The translations under genes were made by a program, and so were the position numbers. A stretch of DNA of 64,000 nt from sequence record OZ346201.1; one strand, 5' to 3'. Numbering within the stretch: the stretch's first letter is position 1; every line of letters begins with the position of its first letter. Positions 27,421 through 37,361 of this stretch are shown piece after piece. The notes under the pieces were generated by a model, which was not told where the DNA came from, ran no database searches, and worked only from the letters and a program-made list of their open reading frames with translations. The DNA is from a phage.

Positions 27421-28790
27421 TGGAAAAAGGGCAGTATGATGTAGGCACAGATGCTGCCCTCGTTGCAATCATGAGCGGTGAGAATGTCTTCGTTTCAGGA
27501 CCAGCAGGTTGTGGGAAGACGTACCTCATCAACATGATCCAGTCAATGTATGGAGACTCTTGCATAACGGTTGCCCCGACAGGGGTAGCCGCTTTAAACG
27601 TTAATGGAGCAACAGCACACCGAACCTTCGATCTTGCAGCAGGTGTGAGCATGGAGTCAGACTGGACCGCAATAAGGGCAAAAACAGCAAAGCCTTTGAA
27701 AAGCAAGGCATTTACCATCCTGATTATCGATGAAATCTCTATGATCCGTGCTGATAAGTTTATAGAGATGGATAGGAAACTTCGCTTCCTTCGAAAAAAT
27801 GACAAACCTTTCGGAGGCATACAGGTCATATTGTTTGGCGATTTTTACCAGGCACCTCCTGTTGTCTCTTCTATGGAGAAGGAAGCCTACTTCAACTTCT
27901 ACCATACAGACCTGTGTTGCTATACCGAATCTTGGAAAGAGCTTGACCTCCACAACATAGCCCTAATAGATCAGTTCCGACAGGAGTCTATTCGATTTGC
28001 CACAATGCTCAACTGTGTTCGTGAGGGTCGTCGCATAAAAGAGGTTGTAGCAGAACTTAATGCTCGCTGTTACAAAGGCGGTGTACCAACAGACGCTCTC
28101 ACAATTTGCGCCACCAACAAACAAGCAGAGGAAGTGAACAGAAGGTTCTATGATGCCATCAACGCCCCGGAGAAGGTATACACTGGGGAAATGAAGGGTA
28201 AGTTTCCCTCCACCCTGCCAGTTGAGCAGGAGATGAAGTTGAAAATTGGCATGAAAGTTATGATAACCGCCAACGATGTTGACCCGACGCACAAAGTACC
28301 TTATTATGTTAACGGAACACGTGCCACAATTGTTAAATTTAAGAACAAGGCGGTGGTGGTAGAGCTTGAAGATGGAACACAGGTTGACATAGAGCAGAGG
28401 TTGTGGGAGAATAACGAGTATAAGCCATCTCAGAGATACAACATTGCAGAAAGGAAGATGGAGAAGTTTATAGAGAGGGTAGTGATTGGGTCATACAAGC
28501 AACTTCCTCTGAAATCTGGGTACGCCGTAACATCTCATAAAAGTCAAGGACTTACGCTAGATTGTTACAACCTAGACCTTGGAAAGAACGGAGCTTTCTC
28601 TCCTGGGATGACGTATGTCGCTTTGAGCAGAGTTAAGACAATACAAGGAATAAACTTGTTGCGTCCACTAAGAGAAGTTGACATTATTGTTGACCCGCGA
28701 GTCGTAGAGTTTTACAATACAACATTCCCTGACTTAGACAAAATTGTCAGGAAAGATTTTGAAACCAGAGCCGAAGAGGGGGGCGTATGA
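27420..28790 (+). CDS. dda: Dda-like SF1 DNA helicase
   Basis: Walker A GPAGCGKT, Walker B IIDEISM, C-terminal VTSHKSQGLTLD and MTYVALSRVKT motifs as in T4 Dda. Confidence 0.75.
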   Translation: MEKGQYDVGTDAALVAIMSGENVFVSGPAGCGKTYLINMIQSMYGDSCITVAPTGVAALNVNGATAHRTFDLAAGVSMESDWTAIRAKTAKPLKSKAFTILIIDEISMIRADKFIEMDRKLRFLRKNDKPFGGIQVILFGDFYQAPPVVSSMEKEAYFNFYHTDLCCYTESWKELDLHNIALIDQFRQESIRFATMLNCVREGRRIKEVVAELNARCYKGGVPTDALTICATNKQAEEVNRRFYDAINAPEKVYTGEMKGKFPSTLPVEQEMKLKIGMKVMITANDVDPTHKVPYYVNGTRATIVKFKNKAVVVELEDGTQVDIEQRLWENNEYKPSQRYNIAERKMEKFIERVVIGSYKQLPLKSGYAVTSHKSQGLTLDCYNLDLGKNGAFSPGMTYVALSRVKTIQGINLLRPLREVDIIVDPRVVEFYNTTFPDLDKIVRKDFETRAEEGGV

Positions 28791-29128
28791 GTTTGTGGAG
28801 AAATATCGTTAACTACGTGTGTGGCAATCCAACTCCTGAAGAGAAGGATGTTGTGATTCACGATTTTACTAAAAGATCTCGTGAAAAAGATCTACTGCTA
28901 ACAAAGGTGACTGATAAAGATCCTGCAGTAGGGGACTGGGCAGGTTTTGCATTCACATCGGACAAATACACCTTTAACAAAGGTGACTACCTTGTTGTGG
29001 ATTTTAACGAAGACATCGAGGGTGCTGAACCTTACTATCAGACCCTTATTGTTGCAGGGTGTGTTGATCTCTCTGCAGGCATGCACAGTTTGATTCTTTT
29101 TGAGCTTGACTCTGAAGACCTTGAGTAG
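28787..29128 (+). CDS. hypothetical protein
   Basis: 113-aa ORF overlapping helicase stop. Confidence 0.5.
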   Translation: MSLWRNIVNYVCGNPTPEEKDVVIHDFTKRSREKDLLLTKVTDKDPAVGDWAGFAFTSDKYTFNKGDYLVVDFNEDIEGAEPYYQTLIVAGCVDLSAGMHSLILFELDSEDLE

Positions 29129-29189
29129 TAAGATGTGAGTATAAAGGGGAGGCCTCCTCCCCACAAAAAACTAAGGAGAGCACCAAACG

Positions 29190-30518
29190 ATGAGCAAAAC
29201 CAAATTAGAACTTACCTGGATAGGTAAAAACGAGCGCAAAAAATTAGAGCCACACATTTTGTTAGAAGACCCGAGCAAGTCTTATCACGCCAGCCAAAAA
29301 GTGACCGAAAACGATATTTTTGATAATAAACTGATTTTTGGCGATAACTTATTAGCATTGAAGGCGCTAGAGCAAGAATATGCAGGCAAAGTGAAGTGTG
29401 TTTACATAGACCCACCATTCAACACCGGGAGGGCTTTTGAGCACTACGATGATAGTCTGGAGCATTCCATTTGGCTGGGCTTAATGAGGGATAGGTTAGA
29501 AATAATTCGTAATCTTCTAAGTGATGACGGGGTAATATTCGTTCACTTAGATGATTGCGAAATGGCGTATTTAAAAGTTTTGATGGACGAGATTTTTGGT
29601 CGTGCAAATCAGTTAAATACCATATCGATGACCACAAATTCCCCTTCGGGATTTAAGGCAACAGGAGCCACAGTTTTCTCCACAGCAAACTTTTTGCTTG
29701 TATATGCAAAAGATCGCACCCAGAAACCGCTTAACAAAATCTATATACCTAAAGGGTATGATACCGGATATAACAAATACCTATTAAACCCGGATGATCA
29801 TTATAAAAATTGGACGTGGTGCGGTATTGCCGATGCGTTTGCAAAGGCCAATGGCTATAAAGATGCAAAAGAAGCCAAGAAAAAACTGCCTGACACATTC
29901 GATGATGAATTAGCACAATTTGCAATTGATAATGCAGAACGTGTATTTCAATCTGTTGCAATTGGTGGTGGTGCTAAAATAAAGAGAAAAGAAACTATAG
30001 AGAAGTCAAAGAAAGATAGGGATAAGGTTTATGTACATCCAAATGAGGATGTTGAAGGATTTTATATCGCAAATGGTAGGCAAATGGTCTTTTACTCCAA
30101 CAGGCTTTTGGAAATTGACGGTGATATGCAACCTGCGGAACTAATAACTGATGTTTGGACAGACATTAGTTGGAATGGAATAGCAAATGAAGGCGGCGTT
30201 AGTTTCAAAAATGGGAAAAAACCAGAAGCGCTTTTGAAGCGGATTTTCGAAATGTGTACGCGAGAAGGTGATTTGGTATTGGATTCATTCGGTGGTTCGG
30301 GAACTACTGCCGCTGTAGCTCACAAGATGAAAAGACGTTGGATCTCCATCGAGATTGGTGATCATTGCCATACCCATATTATTCCGCGCTTGGAAAAAGT
30401 GATCGATGGGGAAGATCAAGGTGGTATTTCTAAGTCTGTAAACTGGCAAGGTGGTGGTGGCTTCCGTTATTACAAACTTGCCCCGACCTTAATTGCGAAA
30501 GATAAGTCTGATCAATAA
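29190..30518 (+). CDS. DNA methyltransferase, beta-class amino-MTase (N6-adenine or N4-cytosine)
   Basis: Catalytic DPPF (..VYIDPPFNTG..) precedes AdoMet motif FGGSGTT; SD AAGGAGA. Confidence 0.8.
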   Translation: MSKTKLELTWIGKNERKKLEPHILLEDPSKSYHASQKVTENDIFDNKLIFGDNLLALKALEQEYAGKVKCVYIDPPFNTGRAFEHYDDSLEHSIWLGLMRDRLEIIRNLLSDDGVIFVHLDDCEMAYLKVLMDEIFGRANQLNTISMTTNSPSGFKATGATVFSTANFLLVYAKDRTQKPLNKIYIPKGYDTGYNKYLLNPDDHYKNWTWCGIADAFAKANGYKDAKEAKKKLPDTFDDELAQFAIDNAERVFQSVAIGGGAKIKRKETIEKSKKDRDKVYVHPNEDVEGFYIANGRQMVFYSNRLLEIDGDMQPAELITDVWTDISWNGIANEGGVSFKNGKKPEALLKRIFEMCTREGDLVLDSFGGSGTTAAVAHKMKRRWISIEIGDHCHTHIIPRLEKVIDGEDQGGISKSVNWQGGGGFRYYKLAPTLIAKDKSDQ

Positions 30519-30531
30519 AGAGTACAATCAA

Positions 30532-30837
30532 ATGATGAAACGTTATAAACCATACACTTTTGAAATCGATTTCGAACTTGACGATATGTTCACTGTAGAA
30601 GCTCAGGCAGTTGTCCAGTTGCCAGACCCGGAGTGCCGTGATTCTGATGTTGACTATTACGGATTTAGACAGATCACTGATGTGCATGTTTACCACAACG
30701 GTGAAGAGGTGGACTTCCACCAACTGCCAAACGATATTCGCCACTCAATTTACAAACGTGCAGCCCGTGAACTAGAGTCCTATCTGGATGCAGCGACGAC
30801 AGCAGCTGCATTTGCCGAAGAAGTGGGAGGTTTCTGA
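30532..30837 (+). CDS. hypothetical protein
   Basis: ATG at 30532 after the MTase stop preferred to track start 30493. Confidence 0.5.
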   Translation: MMKRYKPYTFEIDFELDDMFTVEAQAVVQLPDPECRDSDVDYYGFRQITDVHVYHNGEEVDFHQLPNDIRHSIYKRAARELESYLDAATTAAAFAEEVGGF

Positions 30838-31235
30838 TGATTACAGGTGTGAAGATTCTCCAATACCACTTAACCAAATTGGAAGATGCTGAAAAAGAGC
30901 TTGCAGAAGTTCTGAATAGTGGATATACTTTGCTATCATGCGCCTGCTCAGACACCTACGTTGTGTGGACACTTATCCGGAAGGAAGAGCCTGCAGGGAT
31001 CTTGGTGCCAAACCCTAAGATTATTAGTGAGGTGGATGACTATTCCCAGGACGGCCTGCCAGAAGGCTGGGAAGTATGGGAAGGTGGTGAAAACCCTGCA
31101 CCAGGTAAGTGGGTAAAATATAAACTACGTAGTGGTGCACAGTACGCTGACTACTCTGATGACCTAGACTGGAGTCATTCTTCACCAGGATCGTCTGCAA
31201 GTTCATATGATATCGTTGCTTTTCAGGAAGAATAA
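30837..31235 (+). CDS. hypothetical protein
   Basis: 132-aa ORF, ATGA overlap. Confidence 0.5.
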   Translation: MITGVKILQYHLTKLEDAEKELAEVLNSGYTLLSCACSDTYVVWTLIRKEEPAGILVPNPKIISEVDDYSQDGLPEGWEVWEGGENPAPGKWVKYKLRSGAQYADYSDDLDWSHSSPGSSASSYDIVAFQEE

Positions 31236-31247
31236 GGAGATAGTGTT

Positions 31248-31730
31248 ATGTCAGCTTTTATGTGGAAAGTAGGTTACGCAGCTCCTGAAATGTGTGAGGC
31301 TTGCTTTGTGAAAATAGGCCGCGAGGATATCGACAAAGTGATCCTTAAGTTTCGTGATGTGGCTGTGATCGGCAACCGAGTGCTTAAGCACTTAAAGAAT
31401 TTGAAGCTCACCAAAAAGAAATTCTTCGGGCTTTTCGAAGAGAAAGTTGATGCTTGGACCCATTGCATTCAGGAAGCTAAATCTCACTACAGCGCTATCG
31501 TTACCCCAGAACGGGTAGCCAAGATGGAAGGATTCATCAACAGCACAGAGTTTGAGTGCCTGAAAGCTGCACTTGATAGTTATCCGAAATGCCTCAAGCA
31601 CTTGGACAAGTATGTAGAAAAGGATGGGGAAATGTACCTAACCCTGGACGCATATTATGAGATGCAAGAAATTTTAAATTTAGATTTGACATTGGTATCC
31701 ACCGAGTATACAATAGGTATCCGGGTTTAA
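31248..31730 (+). CDS. hypothetical protein
   Basis: 160-aa ORF, SD AAGGAGA. Confidence 0.55.
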   Translation: MSAFMWKVGYAAPEMCEACFVKIGREDIDKVILKFRDVAVIGNRVLKHLKNLKLTKKKFFGLFEEKVDAWTHCIQEAKSHYSAIVTPERVAKMEGFINSTEFECLKAALDSYPKCLKHLDKYVEKDGEMYLTLDAYYEMQEILNLDLTLVSTEYTIGIRV

Positions 31731-31736
31731 CACTAG

Positions 31737-31763
31737 GCCCTGCCCGAAAGGGTGGGGCTTTTT
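31737..31763 (+). terminator. rho-independent terminator (same sequence family as 42127-42155)
   Basis: GCCCTGCCC-GAAA-GGGTGGGGC hairpin followed by TTTTT. Confidence 0.8.
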
Positions 31764-31781
31764 GCATTAGGAGACAGCAAA

Positions 31782-32546
31782 TTGAAATTTATCTACAAAG
31801 AACACTACCACAAAGGTGTTGTGTGGAGCCTGTTTGACGGATCTGGTGGTGCAGTCATTGACTGGGCAAAAGCTGGGTATCTGTGCCTGTGCTTTAATGC
31901 AGAAGGTGCTGATCACGGCAGTTATGCAGAGGTGATAACCGATCATCCCAACATTCACTATGTGGATTATTGGATTGACCCATGGTTCCCTCAGGAAACT
32001 TTTTGCATGTACCCAGCTCCAGACTTTATTCTTGCATTTCCTCCGTGCACGCATTTAGCGGTATCAGGTGCTGCACATTTTAAGAAAAAGCTGGCTAAGG
32101 ATCCTTTGATCCAAATTAATGCTGTAAAGGATGCTCGGGTTGCGGAAGAGTTGGGAGAGATTTACGATTGCCCGTGGCATGTAGAGAATCCTGTAGGGGT
32201 TATGTCCACACTGTGGCGAAAACCTGATTACCGTTTTCATCCTTCGGATTATGGTGGGTATTTACCGGAGGATGATGTAAACCCCTGGTTTCCTGAATTT
32301 ATAGCTCCACGTGATGCCTATCCAAAAATAACTTGCGGCTGGATAGGCAATGGATTTATAATCCCGGCCACAAAACCTGTCCCGCAAATAGTTGACGCGG
32401 TTAGCGGGTATTCCATGCAACACGCCAAGCTGGGTGGAAAGAGTGCAAGAACGAAGATGATCCGAAGCCTCACGCCACGTGGCTGGGCAAAAGCCGTATT
32501 CTTAGCAAACGAGCCTGTAGTAAGGAGCAGAATTAATGGGAAGTAA
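31782..32546 (+). CDS. short DNA cytosine-C5 methyltransferase-like protein
   Basis: Motif I-like LFDGSGG, motif IV-like FPPC (catalytic Cys), motif VI-like HVENPVG; TTG start at 31782 with AGGAGA 7 nt upstream preferred over track GTG at 31752, which lies inside the terminator hairpin. Confidence 0.6.
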   Translation: MKFIYKEHYHKGVVWSLFDGSGGAVIDWAKAGYLCLCFNAEGADHGSYAEVITDHPNIHYVDYWIDPWFPQETFCMYPAPDFILAFPPCTHLAVSGAAHFKKKLAKDPLIQINAVKDARVAEELGEIYDCPWHVENPVGVMSTLWRKPDYRFHPSDYGGYLPEDDVNPWFPEFIAPRDAYPKITCGWIGNGFIIPATKPVPQIVDAVSGYSMQHAKLGGKSARTKMIRSLTPRGWAKAVFLANEPVVRSRINGK

Positions 32547-34614
32547 ATTTATGGCATCTGCATACAACCGTTTCGGTGAGCCAAACCCGAAAGCAACTAA
32601 GTATAAAAGTGGGGGAAGTGTGAAACGAGACTATCGTGATGAAAAAGAGGTTGAAACTGTAGAGACTGTTTTAGAAAATACTAAAATCGTCCCTGTCCCA
32701 CAACAAAATATCGGTCTGATGGCTGCACAATATTTTGGTGTGCGATCAGCATTATCCCAAGAAGATGGTGTGACAGTCACTGCAACATATTTCCCATATT
32801 ACGACCGCTACGGAAATCTGTCCGGTTTCAAAAAGCGTGACTGGACGATTCCTAAAGAGCAAAGAGGCCATTTCTCCGTTGTTGGCATAGTAAAGGCTAA
32901 CTCTCAGATGTTTGGTCAAAAGCTGTGTGCATCTTCCAACAACCGTAAGCAGATTAACGTTTGTGAGGGAGAAGGTGATGTTATTGCAGCATGGCAGGCT
33001 GCATATCAGATACAAGTAAAAGGGATTCTCACCAACGCTAAAGCCCCGGCAAAGGTGAAACAGTGGGCTAAAGAGGTCCAGGACGGGATCGATGCAGTTA
33101 TCAACGGTGGCGATCTGGCAGGAAAACCATGCCTGCCTTTTGTTGGAATTAACTGTGGATGTGCAAACGCAGTAGATACTTTTGCAAACAATGAGAAGTT
33201 TATCCGTAGCTATGGAACAGTTGTGCTGGCAATGGATAACGATGCAGCTAACGAGGTAGAGAAGCAAAAACACGTCATTAAAGGTGTTGAGGCCACGCAC
33301 AATATCGCAGCATTTTTGATGGCTGATAACGTTTACCACGTAGAATACCCTGGTGAAGTAAATGACCCTGACGGGGTAAAAGATATCCGTGACATGCTGA
33401 AGGCTAAAAAGCTGGAAGATATTGTCAACATGTTCCGGCACCCTGTTAAATATGTGCCTGATGCTGTGTCGGATTTAGAAGACTTCTCTATCGAGTCTTT
33501 GCGGAAAAAGACTTCCAACGGGGTAGATATCAGCGCAGAGTTCCCAAAACTGCAAAAAATGCTAAAAGGCTTGCACAAAGGGACACTCGTAATGCTTACA
33601 GGGCCATCAGGGGGCGGTAAAACAACTGTAGCTAAAAAACTGGAACATTGTATTGCAAGATACCTAATGGACCCGACATGCCCGAAGGCTGATGACTATG
33701 AAGAGGATGATCGTCTATGTATGATCCATCTTGAGGAGGACCCGGAGGAAGCAATTAACTCCTTGTATGCAAACCAGTTAGGGTTTGATGTTAAAGAGTT
33801 TGTTGAAGATCCTAGCCAGTTTTTAACTGATCAAGAACACGCAGAGATTCACCAATCATGGGCAAAAGCTGGAAAAATCAAAGTGTTCAAACATTTCGGA
33901 TCTATTCCGGTGGACGAGTTGATTACCAAGCTTAAGCAAATGGTTTGCCTGTACCATTGCCGTTATATTGTGCTGGATCACCTGTCCATGGTAATTTCAG
34001 GGCTTAATGTTAAGGATGAGCGAAAAGAACTGGACATGGCTATGACTCAGCTGGCTGCGTTTTGTAAGCAGTTTAACGTGTTTATCTTAGTGATCGCTCA
34101 CCTCAAACGTACAGAGATTGTGCCTCCTAAGGACAAGGATGGTAACCCGTTACCTTTCTGGTATCCTGTGCGAAAAGAGAATTTGCGAGGATCGGCGGGG
34201 CTTGAACAGTTGAGTTGGGTAGTCATAGGTGTCGAGGCCGAAGAAATGGTGGATCGTTCTCGTGGACGTGTCCGTCTGGTAGGTCTTAAAAACCGTCCAG
34301 CAAAAACTTTAGGTATTGCTGACACTTTGGTTATGGACCCGCACACAGGTAAGTTCCATGATGCCAGTAATTGGTACTGGGACAAAGAAATGCAAATGTT
34401 TACAGACGGAGAAGGTGGGGAGGTTGTTTGGAGACCTCAGGCTATGTTTGAGGATCAGGAGCATGCAGTTGTAGAAACACCTATGGGCAAGGTTGTGGCT
34501 GATAAGGTTGTAACTCCTACTGTTAAGCCTGTTGACACGCAGGAAGACCTCCAGTACGATGATCCATCCTCTGACCCGGTCCCTGGTTTTGAGGATGATG
34601 AAACGCCTTTTTAA
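32536..34614 (+). CDS. bifunctional primase-helicase (T7 gp4-like: TOPRIM plus DnaB-type helicase)
   Basis: TOPRIM acidic motif VVLAMDNDAANE; helicase Walker A LTGPSGGGKTT and DnaB-like C-terminal motifs. Confidence 0.8.
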   Translation: MGSKFMASAYNRFGEPNPKATKYKSGGSVKRDYRDEKEVETVETVLENTKIVPVPQQNIGLMAAQYFGVRSALSQEDGVTVTATYFPYYDRYGNLSGFKKRDWTIPKEQRGHFSVVGIVKANSQMFGQKLCASSNNRKQINVCEGEGDVIAAWQAAYQIQVKGILTNAKAPAKVKQWAKEVQDGIDAVINGGDLAGKPCLPFVGINCGCANAVDTFANNEKFIRSYGTVVLAMDNDAANEVEKQKHVIKGVEATHNIAAFLMADNVYHVEYPGEVNDPDGVKDIRDMLKAKKLEDIVNMFRHPVKYVPDAVSDLEDFSIESLRKKTSNGVDISAEFPKLQKMLKGLHKGTLVMLTGPSGGGKTTVAKKLEHCIARYLMDPTCPKADDYEEDDRLCMIHLEEDPEEAINSLYANQLGFDVKEFVEDPSQFLTDQEHAEIHQSWAKAGKIKVFKHFGSIPVDELITKLKQMVCLYHCRYIVLDHLSMVISGLNVKDERKELDMAMTQLAAFCKQFNVFILVIAHLKRTEIVPPKDKDGNPLPFWYPVRKENLRGSAGLEQLSWVVIGVEAEEMVDRSRGRVRLVGLKNRPAKTLGIADTLVMDPHTGKFHDASNWYWDKEMQMFTDGEGGEVVWRPQAMFEDQEHAVVETPMGKVVADKVVTPTVKPVDTQEDLQYDDPSSDPVPGFEDDETPF

Positions 34615-34672
34615 TGTTTAACAAAGAGTGGGAGGGGTAGTACAACCGCCTCCCCTTTAAGGAGAACTGTAT

Positions 34673-37012
34673 ATGAGTATGTGGTCTTTCGATTTTGAGT
34701 CATCCGGTTTGCTGGAAGACCCAGATCTTTATTATCACTGCGGTCTGTTTAAAGAGCTGAATAAGAACCGTTTTATGCTGTTCCTTCCTCTAAATGACCG
34801 CACACACTACTCCGAGGAGGATATAGAAAAGGCTAAGAACTTCATTCTGTCAAAGAAAACTCTTTATAAAGATTTTGAAGTTCGCATAGCAGATTTTTCG
34901 GAGTTGGAAGGTTGGCTTACAGGCAATTCTGACTGGTCACCAACAGCTTTGAACTGCCATAACTGCTACAGTTATGACTTTATGCTAATGGAAAGATTAT
35001 CCGGTATTCATTTTGATATGTTCCGTGATCCTAAATGCATGGGGACTATCAACGACCACCAGGTTAACCTGTTTGATACGTTGGCTATGAGCCGAATCTT
35101 GTGGCCTGATCGCCCTTTACCAAAAGGTTGTCCGGACGCTGTATTCAACCCGGTTACTAAGAAAATGCAACCTGTTGGTCCTCACGGCCTTATGGCATGG
35201 GGCTACGCCCTTGGTAACCAGAAAGTTCAAATTGATGACTGGCGCGATCTTCCGTTGTGGAAGTATGTGGATCGTGTATTCGAGGACGTTATCATCCAGG
35301 AGCTGCTCTGGAAAGAGCTGGTAGCGGAATCAAAAGGTGTATTCTACGGCAAATCTGACATGCAGAACTTTATGTACGATCCAGCCAAAGAGAAGCCGAA
35401 AGGGTTCAAGAAGATCACCTGGAAGAACGCATTACGTCGAGGCATGCTGCAGCACTTCCTGATGGAGCTGCAGGCCCGTCAGGGTGTATACTTCGACATA
35501 GATGGAGCTATTGCTTTACGTGACCGTTGCGATGCGTGGATGAAAGAAATCGCTGATCGTGTTGAACCACAACTACCTTTAAAAGAGCTGTCAATGTCTC
35601 AGCGGCCCAAGTTCCCTGAAAAGCCGTTTAACCAAGACGGGACAATCTCTAATAATGGTTGGAAATGGTTAAAAGATAAGCTTGGCTATCCTGTAGACAT
35701 GAGTGCTTTAGAGTTCAAAGCCCCGCCTAAGCGAGCATTTACCTCTACAGGAGATGTCAGCAAGATGGGGATAAAATGGTGTGAAGAGATGGGCTGCAAA
35801 GACCCCGATAAGATGGCTGATTTCTTGAGAGGCTATATTAAGGGCACCTCCACACCACAACCCTTACCTAAAGAGCTGATGGATCAGGCAATAAGTGATC
35901 TGCAGCAGAAGCGAATGCCTGACTGCAAGATACCTATGAAAATCAGCAATCAGGACGACATCAAGCGATACCTAATCAGTGCTGGTTGGCTCCCAACAAT
36001 GTGGAGAACTAAAGATGTAACTAAAGACAGCAAGAAGAAAGCTTTACCTGATGCAGATGTTGATGCACGAGTATATGCATATATGGACGAGCTTTTGGAG
36101 TCAGAGTATTGTGACCTAATTATCAACTTCTGGAACAAAACTGATGCTAAGTTCCAGACAACCGTGCACAAGTTCCGAAGCTTTCCTAACTCCGAAAGGA
36201 TTAAAAAGGAAGTATTCGGGAAAATACGTAGAAAAGCCAGGGCACTTATTACTTCTCCGCAACTGAAAGATACGTTTGGACACCTATGCCCAAATCTTGA
36301 AAAATTGAACGGAGAGATGGCTAAAGATATCGTCTTGTGGTTATCATTGCGAAACCGCAGATCGGTCCTTGATCCAATCAAGGAGGATAAGGTTGATACT
36401 GGTCTTCTTAATCACCCACGTTTGAAGATTGACCATAAGCTTCCTGCTAAAAGCTCTGGATTAACAAACACTTCCAGACAGAAACACAGTATTTGTGCAA
36501 ACATGCCTAAACCATCTCCTAAAGTGGTTATGGGTAAAGAGATGCGTAGTCTGTGGGGTGTTCCTCCGGGATACTTTGAGATTGGTATTGACGGGTCCAA
36601 CTTAGAACAGCTTATCGGGGCTTGGGGTGCCTTTGAGTTCGACAACGGCCTGTATTATGATGTTGTAAGTAACGGAGACGCACACCAAAACAATGCTGAG
36701 GCATATACAAAAGTGGCAGGCAGAGAGGTGTCCCGTAACGACGGTAAACCTATCACGTATGGGGTTATGTACGGGGCACAAAAAGATAAAGTTGCAGATA
36801 TGTTGGACATCTCCCCAGAGTTACAGGTGTTTGATGGACTCTGGGATGCCAACCCAGGTCTTAAGGGGCGCAAAGAGGATCTGGAGAAATTCTGGAAGCA
36901 ACAGGTAAGAAGTTTATCTACTCTTTTGATGGTCATGCTATCTGGACCCGATCTAAACACTCTTTACTTAATGCATACCAACAAAATGGCGGTGCATCGT
37001 TGTGTGACTTAG
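34673..37012 (+). CDS. DNA polymerase, family A, with 3'-5' exonuclease (reading frame breaks near 36900)
   Basis: Exo I FDFESSGL; Pol A motif A DGSNLEQ and motif B REVSRNDGKPITYGVMYGAQ; polymerase similarity continues in another frame from about 36901 to the stop at 37093-37095 (..FDGHAIW..NAYQQNGGASLCD..WYDEGV..). Confidence 0.75.
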   Translation: MSMWSFDFESSGLLEDPDLYYHCGLFKELNKNRFMLFLPLNDRTHYSEEDIEKAKNFILSKKTLYKDFEVRIADFSELEGWLTGNSDWSPTALNCHNCYSYDFMLMERLSGIHFDMFRDPKCMGTINDHQVNLFDTLAMSRILWPDRPLPKGCPDAVFNPVTKKMQPVGPHGLMAWGYALGNQKVQIDDWRDLPLWKYVDRVFEDVIIQELLWKELVAESKGVFYGKSDMQNFMYDPAKEKPKGFKKITWKNALRRGMLQHFLMELQARQGVYFDIDGAIALRDRCDAWMKEIADRVEPQLPLKELSMSQRPKFPEKPFNQDGTISNNGWKWLKDKLGYPVDMSALEFKAPPKRAFTSTGDVSKMGIKWCEEMGCKDPDKMADFLRGYIKGTSTPQPLPKELMDQAISDLQQKRMPDCKIPMKISNQDDIKRYLISAGWLPTMWRTKDVTKDSKKKALPDADVDARVYAYMDELLESEYCDLIINFWNKTDAKFQTTVHKFRSFPNSERIKKEVFGKIRRKARALITSPQLKDTFGHLCPNLEKLNGEMAKDIVLWLSLRNRRSVLDPIKEDKVDTGLLNHPRLKIDHKLPAKSSGLTNTSRQKHSICANMPKPSPKVVMGKEMRSLWGVPPGYFEIGIDGSNLEQLIGAWGAFEFDNGLYYDVVSNGDAHQNNAEAYTKVAGREVSRNDGKPITYGVMYGAQKDKVADMLDISPELQVFDGLWDANPGLKGRKEDLEKFWKQQVRSLSTLLMVMLSGPDLNTLYLMHTNKMAVHRCVT

Positions 37013-37095
37013 TTGGAATACTCATGCACCACCAGATGGTGAAGCGTGGGTGGTACGATGAAGGTGTTCGTCGTATTATTTATTACCATAAATAA

Positions 37096-37361
37096 CATTG
37101 TGGCTTCATAGAGTAATCTATGTCGAATAACCTCTTTAACTGCGGGAAGCCTAAACCTTATGGCAAGGTAATCCGCAACGAAGCGCTCAAAAGAGCGAAC
37201 GCTCAGAGGCCATTCCGAAAGGAAGTAGACCAGCAAGTGCGGTCGAAATGGGAGGATTCCTGTGGTTGCTTATCATAGGAATATGAGATGGTCCGATCCT
37301 ACGTGAAAACGTATGGCTATGCACGTAATGGTGCGGGTAGCTTAACGACCTACCTGAACTA
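37096..37361 (+). other. intervening segment inside the split DNA polymerase gene (intron or insertion candidate)
   Basis: Lies between the polymerase body and the ORF carrying the Pol A C-terminus; stops in the relevant frames; contains a ~52-codon ORF (MSNNLFNCGKPKPYG..). Confidence 0.4.

Noticed and set aside
31752-31781. Track start (GTG 31752) for the C5-MTase-like ORF
   Set aside because: That codon lies inside the terminator hairpin at 31737-31763; the TTG at 31782 with AGGAGA 7 nt upstream is a more plausible start.
36693-36960. Overlapping ORFs 36655..36960 (minus) and 36693..36908 (plus) inside the polymerase gene
   Set aside because: Embedded in the polymerase coding region where motif B is encoded on the plus strand in the main frame; no independent start signals.
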